From contig CAWJTV010000020.1 in assembly GCA_963845755.1 (NCBI GenBank), positions 64,001 to 128,000 of the forward strand: a stretch of 64,000 bases of DNA, in the 5' to 3' direction. The position numbers were made by a program, and so were the translations under genes. Below the pieces are notes generated by a model that saw only the letters and a program-made list of their open reading frames with translations, made no database searches and was not told the origin of the DNA. This stretch comes from an uncultured Planctomycetota bacterium (GTDB lineage: Bacteria > Planctomycetota > Planctomycetia > Isosphaerales > Isosphaeraceae). Shown here in pieces: positions 56,409-64,000 of this stretch (position 1 is the first letter of the stretch; each line of letters opens with the position of its first letter).

Positions 56409-56690
56409 ATGCCGTCGATCCATTTCACTCTGGACGTCATCAAGCTGGAGGTCGATCCCAGTCATTCCATGGATGCGCGATGCTCGGCTTGCCATGAACC
56501 GCTTACGGTCCATCAACCGGACGTCGAGTCACCCGACCGACTCTTGGGCGTCTGCCCGGAATGCCGAGTCTGGTTCCTCATCGATGCCACCGTCGGCGTC
56601 ATGATCCGCCTGCCCCATCAGGAGACTCTTCGAGATACTTTGCCCTCCTCGCCTCCCCGGTCGTTGTGTAGCGTTCACCCTGACCCGTGA
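56409..56690 (+). CDS. small zinc-ribbon protein
   Basis: CSAC..L.VHQPD.ESPDRLLG.CPEC..WFLID; RBS gggagg. Confidence 0.65.
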   Translation: MPSIHFTLDVIKLEVDPSHSMDARCSACHEPLTVHQPDVESPDRLLGVCPECRVWFLIDATVGVMIRLPHQETLRDTLPSSPPRSLCSVHPDP

Positions 56691-56901
56691 ACAGCCAGTG
56701 CGGGTCGGCTCCCGTCAACTCGATGAATCCGAGGATCACCGGGGCGGGGATCACCACGCCGCACTCGTAATTGGCCCAGGTCTCGGCGCTCAATCCCAGC
56801 GCCTCGGCCAGTTCGGGTCCACCCGACTCGCCGAACAACTCCTGTCGGATTTCGCGGATCCGTCGGCCCAAATCGAGATGAATCGTCTCGTCCGCTGCCA
56901 T
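56599..56901 (-). CDS. XRE-family HTH protein
   Basis: LGRRIREIRQELFGE.GGPELAEALGL...TWANYE.GV.IPA.VIL.FI..TG..PHWL.TG.G. Confidence 0.8.
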   Translation of the reverse strand: MAADETIHLDLGRRIREIRQELFGESGGPELAEALGLSAETWANYECGVVIPAPVILGFIELTGADPHWLFTGQGERYTTTGEARRAKYLEESPDGAGGS

Positions 56902-57229
56902 GGGGATTTCCCTCTCTCCCGGAAGCCAACCCGAAGCCTGGTAGCCCCACGAGCAGGGGAAATGAAAGGGCGATCGCGGCCTGGCCTTCGTGTTGGATCG
57001 TTTTCATGCTGTTACTTAAGCAAGCTCTAAGGTACGGAAAACTCTTCGGGCACGACCGAGCAAAAAACGAGCCAATTTCGGGTGATTCCGAATCGGTTAA
57101 CCTTACAAGCGAGGATTCGCTGGAGAACCGCAAGCCGCGATGGCGAGGGAGCATGGAATTGCGATAGCGAGTAAGCCCTGTCACTCTCGATTGATCTAGA
57201 TATATTGACTTATAAAATAGCAACATTGC

Positions 57230-57655
57230 ATGACTGACGAATCGACACACGGCGTTCGCGCCGGATCGCGCATCCTCCTCGTCGATGACTATGCGGACTC
57301 GGCCGAGACCGTGTCCAAACTCCTGGAGCTCCTCGGCCACGAGGTCCAGGCTACCGGCCATGGCACGCAAGCGCGTGCAACGGATGTGGCCTGGTGCCGG
57401 GAATTCGTCCTGGAGGACATCGGCCTGCCGGCGCTGGATGGTTATGAAGTGGTCAGGCGAATCAGGCAGGAGGTGGTGTGCCAGGACACGACCATCATCG
57501 CGGTGACGGGCGAACGCCAGTCGGACGACCGCCGACGGTCCTGGGGTTCCGGGATCGACCATCATCGGGTCAAGCCGGTCAACTCGGGTACGTTGTGGTC
57601 GTTGTTGTCGCGAGCCACCATCGGCCCCGCGCGGGCATCTTTCGACAGGGGCTGA
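57230..57655 (+). CDS. stand-alone response-regulator receiver (degenerate)
   Basis: ILLVDDYADSAE..LLELLGHEV, DIGLP.LDGYEV.RRIR, IIAVTG, GIDHH.VKPV. Confidence 0.75.
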   Translation: MTDESTHGVRAGSRILLVDDYADSAETVSKLLELLGHEVQATGHGTQARATDVAWCREFVLEDIGLPALDGYEVVRRIRQEVVCQDTTIIAVTGERQSDDRRRSWGSGIDHHRVKPVNSGTLWSLLSRATIGPARASFDRG

Positions 57656-57766
57656 GGCGTAGCGGCTTCCGGTCGCACTCTGTAGAAGGCGGCGATGAGG
57701 GCCGGGAAGGACCGTTGCGGACTTGCGACAACGCGCCTCCAGTTCACGCCAGTTGACTCCATGGTT

Positions 57767-57994
57767 TCAGTCAAACCAGGGCGGGGGATCCAGGGTAATC
57801 TGCCCATCGACGGACTTGGAGATCCCTCCCCACTCCCAGGAACGAAGATCCCCCGTGGCTGTATCCAGGGAAACAATCTGGATCAGGTAGTGGCCCGGCG
57901 CGGCATCGCTCACGACCGCGACGACATCATCAATGGAATCTGCGTCGCCGACGGAAGCGCCGTCACCCGAGGTAACGCGATAGATCGTAGGCAT
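57767..57994 (-). CDS. small hypothetical protein (similar to 55543..55779)
   Basis: IYRV....VGDADSID..V....APGHYLI......WG...DGQITLDP. Confidence 0.55.
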   Translation of the reverse strand: MPTIYRVTSGDGASVGDADSIDDVVAVVSDAAPGHYLIQIVSLDTATGDLRSWEWGGISKSVDGQITLDPPPWFD

Positions 57995-58218
57995 GTCCTC
58001 GAACTCACCGAAAATCTCCGCTCTGCCGATTGGTAGCTTTGCTCCGGGGTCCACCTCCAACGGCATATGTTGGCCATTTGTTTAACATAAAGTCAACCTT
58101 CATGATCTCGATTTCCCTGGTGGGCTGCCCAAGCTGCCTGCGATTCTTCGGCTGGCCGTGGCCACATCCTCCCGCGCGGCACACTGGGCGGGTCCGGCGA
58201 ATCGACGAGGTGGGAGTG

Positions 58219-58696
58219 TCAGGCCGAGGCAGGTCGGAGGGCGGAAGGGTGAACTCGGAGAGAGGGCGTCGTCGGCCGGCCGCGTCGAAACTGACGGACG
58301 AGGAGGACGGCGGCGATCAACCAGAGCGCCGCCGGGATGGCCAGCGAGAAGCTGACCGACCAGACCGACCAGCCCGTCTCAAACCGGCAGAACTGGAAGG
58401 CGAGCCCCGGGATGGCGAACTGATGATTCCCGGTCGCCCTCGGCCAACTCCAGGTCCGAGGGTTGATGATCCGAGGTTTGGGGGAGCCGGGTGAGTTGAA
58501 GTCGACCTGATTGAAAAGACTGACCCTCCCGCCCCTGACCTGCAAGTAGGCGGGGCGGCTGCCCCATCGGTCGAGATCGAATCGAAGGGGATCCGCTGGC
58601 CAATCGGGGTGGAGCGATGCGGCGAGCAGGGCGACCGTGGCGACGAAGAGGCCGACCGCCAAGATCGAAAGCCACTCTGCGAGCGATCGGCCGCAT
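58219..58696 (-). CDS. hypothetical membrane protein (possible frameshift near 58670)
   Basis: Hydrophobic N- and C-terminal helices (GLFVATVALLAA; FSLAIPAALWLIAAVLLV). Confidence 0.45.
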
Positions 58697-59399
58697 GAGC
58701 CGCCTGAGTTGAGATCGATTGAATGAGAGTTCGTTCTGTAACGTCCACCTTACCGCATCATCCGCGTTGCCCGGTAGGGCCAAGACTTAACGGAATCGCT
58801 GGTTCGTTTCGACGAGCGGTCCTTGCGGAACTGCGAAGGATGCAATTCCTGGGTGCTGGCCGATTGACCCGCAAGTCTCATCTGATACATTAGACGAGCA
58901 TCCCGCGTCGGAGACGGCGCCGGGATCCCAACCCGAGGGATGCGGATCGTGCAGGGCCAGATGACGGCCTGCACGGTCGAACCTCCCTCATGACTAACAG
59001 TGAACGATGCCAGGACTTCCGAACTGCCTGTTCCGCGGGGCGTTCCAACGTGCCAGCCGATGCGGTCGTGAAGGCCGGGCGCCGACAACATTCCTGACGA
59101 TCTGATCTGCGAAGGCGACGAGGATCTCTCGCGTGGCGGAAACCTGGGCGGGACTCATCTGGGCATGGATCATCCTCAGGGTGGTCGTGTGCTCTCGGAT
59201 CGTGACGGCTCGTCGATGGTCGCTTCCGGTGCGTCATTCGCGCTGGGGTGACCATGGGTGCCGGCTATGGGTGAGCCCGTTTCTGGATCGCTGCGCGAGT
59301 TTCGCGGCGAGTCAATCGCCGCACCAACGGGCACCTAGGTTTCGGTGTATGACCCGATTTCTTGGCGAGATGTCCCTGTTCCAAGGGCTGCGTCACGAA

Positions 59400-59610
59400 C
59401 GCGGAGCGCGCTGTCACGACGGTGTTGATCCGAGCTGGGAACCTTGCCATCCGATCGAACCACCTTGCCGAACGCGGCGAGTCTGCGGAATGCTCGTCTG
59501 AGACGTTGACGGCGTGCGTGCCCTCTTTGCTCTGCTGGGCTCGGGGTTGACCATTCGGCTCGGACGGAACGTCCGGGCCGTCCTCCTCGGGGCGCCTCGG
59601 CGTGTCCGCG
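59400..59610 (+). ncRNA. ssrS: candidate 6S RNA
   Basis: ~210-nt rod: cgcgga(g)cgcgctg pairs with cggcgtgtccgcg, gacggt with gccgtc, ccgagc with gctcgg; sits immediately upstream of rny, a common ssrS context. Confidence 0.5.
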
Positions 59611-59707
59611 GCGTGGACTCTTCGCAGGGGCTCCTCCCTCGCAGAGAGGCTTCCTGCGGACCAGGTTGTCGGAAGGCTCGGCGGACGAAGGATGTGGGCG
59701 GATTCCC

Positions 59708-61247
59708 GTGGGTGGATTCGTCGGACTGCTCGTCGGCGTTTTGGGTGGGTCTGCCGCTGTTGCACTTGTGGCATGGCTGAAGGCTCGATCCGCGCGGGGT
59801 GGCCGCGCAAATCCTCGCCAACGCCCAGCGCGAAGCGGAGACGATCTACCGTCAGGCAGAACTTGGGGCTAAGGAAGAGGCCCTCCGACGCCGGGAAGAC
59901 CTCGAGACCGAGTTCGACATCCTGCGCCGCGACCTGCGCGAGCAGGAGAAGCGACAGGAGAAGCGGGCCGACCTGCTCGACCAGAAGCTCGATCTGATCA
60001 ACAAGAAGGAGTGCGACTTCGAGAACGTGCAACGGCAGCTCGGCGAGCAGCAGGACGACCTCCGCAAGCAGACGGCCGAAGTCCAAAGGACCCTGCACGA
60101 CCAGCTCGAGGCCTTGCATCGGATCGCTCGGCTCACTCCAGATGAAGCCCGCGACCTGCTCCTGAAGCGCGTCGAGGAGGACCTCCGGGGCGAATTGGGG
60201 AGCATGGTCTTGAAGCATCAGGCGACACTCCGCGATAGCGCCCAGCAGAAGGCACGCGAGATTCTGACCACAACGATCCAGCGTTACGCCGCGTCGCACA
60301 CCGCCGAGGTGACCGTCAGTACCGTCAACATCCCCAATGACGAGATGAAGGGGCGTATCATCGGCCGAGAAGGTCGGAATATCCGCGCCTTCGAGAAGGC
60401 TACGGGGGTCAACGTGATCGTTGACGATACGCCCGGCGTGGTCATCGTCACGGGGTTCGACAGCGTCCGCCGGGAGATCGCCAAGGTCGCGCTCGAGCGG
60501 CTGATCCAGGATCGGCGCATCCACCCGACCCGCATCGAAGAGATTGTCAAGCAGACGCATGAGGAGCTGGAGGAGCACATCCGCCGTCTTGGCCAGCAAG
60601 CCGCCCTCGAAGCCAACGTCGTTGGGTTGCACGATAAGATGATGGACTACCTGGGCCGACTCCATTTCCGCACGAGCTACTCGCAGAACGTCCTGAGGCA
60701 TTCGCTGGAAGTCGCGTTCCTGACGGGACTGATGGCCGAGGAGCTCGGCCTGGAAGGAGCCCTGGGGAGACGGTGCGGGCTGCTGCATGATATCGGTAAG
60801 GCCGCTGATCACGAGATGGAAGGAGGTCACCCCGTCGTTGGAGCCGAGCTGGCGCGGCGCTATGGCGAGCCGAAGGAGGTCGTTCACGCCGCGCTGGGGC
60901 ACCACGACGATCTCCGGGTCGAAACGCCCTATACCATGCTCGTCTCGGCCGCGGACGCCATCAGCGCCAGCCGCCCCGGCGTGCGCCGCGAGACCCTGGA
61001 GAAATACGTGCGGCGACTGGAAGAACTCGAATCGCTAGCCCTCGGTTTCCCCGGTGTTGAGCAGGCCTACGCCATTCAGGCCGGTCGCGAGGTTCGCGTG
61101 ATCGTCAACAGCCAGCAGCTCGACGACGCCGCCTCGGCCAAGGTCTGCCGCGACATCGCCCGCTCCATCCAGCGACAGTTGACCTATCCCGGCGAGGTCA
61201 AGGTCACCGTGTTGCGCGAGAGCCGATCCGTCGAATTCGCGCGATAA
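59708..61247 (+). CDS. rny: ribonuclease Y; frameshift near 59800
   Basis: N-terminal TM in a separate frame, coiled coil, KH ([14 protein letters not shown]), HD (GLLHDIGK), [24 protein letters not shown]. Confidence 0.96.
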
Positions 61248-61444
61248 TCCCGCGCGGCCCGATCTCACCGGAACCGGTGAGCGACTCGGGATTCGAGATT
61301 CCACGAGACCCGAAGGATTCTCGGGTATCCACCTTGGGGTCATTAGATGCAGGATTATTGACCTATCACTTTTCGGGATCGGGAAAGCCGGTTTCGTGAG
61401 GGGCTCGAATCGGTGAATTCGTTCCTTGAAGGAATGAGCTACAG

Positions 61445-62281
61445 ATGCCTCTGAAAGTCCTGTTCATCGGCGATGTTGTGGGGTCACCGGGCCGCAAGAT
61501 CCTTTGCCAGACCTTGCCGCGGCTCATCCCGCGCTGGGGTCTGGGCCTTGTTGTCTGCAATGCCGAGAACGCGGCGGGCGGGTCTGGGCTGACCCTCCGC
61601 TGCTACGAGGAACTGATAGAAGCCGGCGTGGACGTCATGACGATGGGCGATCACGTTTACCGGAAGGATGAGATCTTCCAGATCTTCGAGCGCGCCGGCG
61701 AAGTTCTCCGCCCGGCGAATTATCCCGAGGATTCACCCGGACCGGAGCTCGCACTCGTCACCGCGCGCGACGGGACTCCGGTTGCGGTGTTCGGCGTCCT
61801 CGGCCGCACTTACATGAAGCCGGTCGATTGCCCGTACCGGGCCGCGGATCGGGTCCTCCAGAGGATTGGCGGCGGCACCCGCGTCATCATCGTGGACGTC
61901 CACGCCGAGGCGACCAGCGAGAAGCAACTCATGGGCCGATATCTCGATGGCCAGGTCTCGGCGGTGCTCGGCACCCACACCCACGTCGTCACGGCCGACG
62001 AGCAGATCCTCAAGAACGGCACGGCCTATCAGACCGATGTCGGCATGACGGGGCCGCACGACTCGATCATCGGCCGGCGCTACGACCGTGTGCTGTCGGC
62101 GACGCTGACTCTCGTCCACGCCTACTTCGACGTCGCCACGGGTGACCCTCGGCTCAACGGCGCCCTTCTCACGATCGATCCTCAGACCGGGCATGCCCTT
62201 TCCATCAGCCGGGTCAGCATCAACCAGGAGGAAGCCCGTCGCCTGCTCACCGACTCTTCCGAGGATCGCCGCGAGTCGTAG
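61445..62281 (+). CDS. ymdB: TIGR00282/YmdB metallophosphoesterase
   Basis: LFIGDVVG.PGR, NAENAAGG.G, T.GDH, RPANYP, VDVHAEATSEK, GTHTHV.TAD, DVGMTGP..SIIG. Confidence 0.95.
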   Translation: MPLKVLFIGDVVGSPGRKILCQTLPRLIPRWGLGLVVCNAENAAGGSGLTLRCYEELIEAGVDVMTMGDHVYRKDEIFQIFERAGEVLRPANYPEDSPGPELALVTARDGTPVAVFGVLGRTYMKPVDCPYRAADRVLQRIGGGTRVIIVDVHAEATSEKQLMGRYLDGQVSAVLGTHTHVVTADEQILKNGTAYQTDVGMTGPHDSIIGRRYDRVLSATLTLVHAYFDVATGDPRLNGALLTIDPQTGHALSISRVSINQEEARRLLTDSSEDRRES

Positions 62282-62397
62282 GTCCTATGGAAGGCGGGCG
62301 CATAACGTTCGGGATGATTGCCTCATCGAAACGGGCTGTCATGGCGACGACTTGAGGTCGAACTCGAGTCTGCGTCGGTGTGTCTCTGACCAATGAG

Positions 62398-63826
62398 TCA
62401 GTGGGAATTCGGCGACTCACCCAGGCCATACTTCCTCAGTTTCTGGCGGAGCGTGGCTCGGTGGATGCCGAGTATCTCGGCGGCGGCAGCGCGGTTGTGC
62501 TGGCACTGGACGAGCACGGCCTTGAGGACCGGGGGCTCGATGAGCTCGAGTAACCGCTCATAGAGCGAGGAATCGCCGGGCGGATTGCGCGGCGTGAGGA
62601 CCTCACGGCTGGTCCATTCGGCGAGCCATCCCGGGAGATCCGAGCCCGAGCGGGTTGGCGCTTCCTCGGCGCGGACCGTGGCCGCCGGCAGGTGTTCCGG
62701 CCGGATGACCTGGCCGCGCGCGACGATCGCAGCGTGCTCGATGGCATTCCGCAGCTCCCGGATGTTTCCTACCCAGGGCCGTGCTTGCAGTTCGTCGAGA
62801 AGCTCGTCGCTGACACGAACGTCGGCGATGCCGATCAGGTGGGACTGGCGGAGGAAGTGGTCGGCCAGGGCCGGGATGTCCTCACGCCGGTCGCGAAGCG
62901 GCGGGATCTGGATTGGGAAGACGCTGAGGCGGAAGAACAAGTCTTCGCGGAACCGGCCGGACGCCATGAGTTGGTCGAGTGGCCGGTTAGTCGCGGCGAT
63001 GAGCCGGATGTCCGTGGGCCGCGGCCGGGCGTCGCCGACGGGCGTCACGGTGCGGTGCTCGATGACGCGCAGGAGCTTGACTTGAAGGTCCGTCGGGATG
63101 TCGCCGACCTCATCCAGGAGCACCGTTCCACCGCTGGCCAGTTCGAGGAGCCCTTTCTGGTCCTGGACCGCGCCGGTGAAGGACCCCCGCAGATGGCCGA
63201 AGAGCTCCCGTTCGATGAGGCTCGGACTGAGCGCGGCGATACAGACCGGCATATACGGACCATCCCGGCGCCCGCTGTGCCGATGGATGGCCCGGGCGAC
63301 CAGCTCCTTGCCGGTGCCGCTCTCTCCGGTGATCAGGACGGGGACGTCCGTCGGCGCGACCAGGGCGATCTTCTTGAACAACTCCTGCATGCCGGCCGAC
63401 GTACCGATCAGCGCCTCTGGCTCGGTTGCGGCGGATTCGAGTCGTCCGACGTCGGCACGGGCCTTGTGTGTCTCCAGGGCGCGGTTGATGACGGCCGTGG
63501 CCTGGTCGAGGTCGAAGGGCTTGACCAGGTAGTCGAAGGCGCCTCCCTCCATCGCGCGCACGGCGGTTTCCAGGTTGCCGAACGCGGTAATCACGATAAT
63601 CGGTGCCGCGCCGGCGCAGTTCCCGGAACGCAGGCATCGCCGACAAGCCGTCGACGCCGGGCAAGCGGACATCGAGCACGACCGCGTCCAGAGGATTGGC
63701 GCCGGCGATCTTCAAGCCCTCCTCCACCGAGGCGGCCACTTCCACCTGATGCCCCTCATCGGCGAGCGACTCACGAAACGCCCAGCAGATGCTCACTTCG
63801 TCGTCGACGATCAGGATACGGCTCAT
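62398..63826 (-). CDS. sigma54-dependent (NtrC-family) response regulator; frameshift near 63620
   Basis: Receiver ILIVDDE/LDVRLPG; GESGTGKELVA, ELFGH.RGSFTGA, FREDLFFRL, WVGNIREL; Fis HTH AAEILGIHRATLRQKL. Confidence 0.94.
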
Positions 63827-64000
63827 ACGGCTTCCTTCAGTGTGTCGCGCCGGTGCGGCAAGGTCAGGCGGAAGCGAGTATCTCCGTCGATGCGCGACCA
63901 GGACAGACGGCCTCCGTGGTCGCTGGCCACGCGATGGGCCAAGGCCAGGCCGAGCCCGACCCCTTCAGGCTTGCTGGTGACGAACGCATCGCACAAGGAA
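63823..64000 (-). CDS. sensor histidine kinase, C-terminal end (partial)
   Basis: AFVTSKPEGVGLGLALAHRVA.DHGG.L...TRFRL.LP; ATGA overlap with the NtrC gene. Confidence 0.85.
   Translation of the reverse strand, partial: SLCDAFVTSKPEGVGLGLALAHRVASDHGGRLSWSRIDGDTRFRLTLPHRRDTLKEAV

Noticed and set aside
53363..59300. Intact prophage or ICE
   Set aside because: The integrase is broken, no structural, replication or conjugation genes are present, and I found no attR.
52794..59810. Programmed frameshifting or pseudogenisation of pyrF and rny
   Set aside because: I saw no slippery heptamers, and the same single-indel pattern affects many unrelated genes, so sequencing error is more likely.

Overview
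This is a high-GC bacterial window, almost certainly Planctomycetota and probably Isosphaeraceae-like. The basis is three proteins with the planctomycete N-terminal 'E-x-[LM]-E-x-R-x-[LM]-L' extracellular motif, an ECF sigma/Ser-Thr kinase pair, and typical planctomycete repeats. Housekeeping blocks: recO-bamD-lptE-folP-proA (minus strand), pyrF, tRNA-Pro(GGG), a candidate 6S RNA followed by rny-ymdB, and an NtrC-type two-component pair at the right edge. Accessory content: (i) a lipoprotein-vWA / ECF sigma / anti-sigma-vWA module with a shared GGAAC-N16-CGT promoter; (ii) an ECF sigma plus ZAS-kinase-TPR pair divergent from a ~2,900-aa surface protein with a Cys-less transglutaminase-like domain and an internal hydrophobic cassette; (iii) a CpxRA-like pair downstream of a secreted protein with two LTxxQ (Spy/CpxP-like) repeats; (iv) a decayed glycosyltransferase/heptose-kinase locus; (v) a defence/toxin-antitoxin graveyard (ParDE, VapC, IS66, Shedu-like, three phosphorothioation-associated methyltransferase fragments) holding a tandem pair of unknown Tat-exported proteins; (vi) a second giant beta-helix/DUF11/Calx-beta protein; (vii) a dead integrase island at tRNA-Pro. 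About 13 single frameshifts, including in bamD, pyrF and rny, most likely reflect sequencing indels rather than biology. All family assignments come from recognising motifs by eye; no searches were run.
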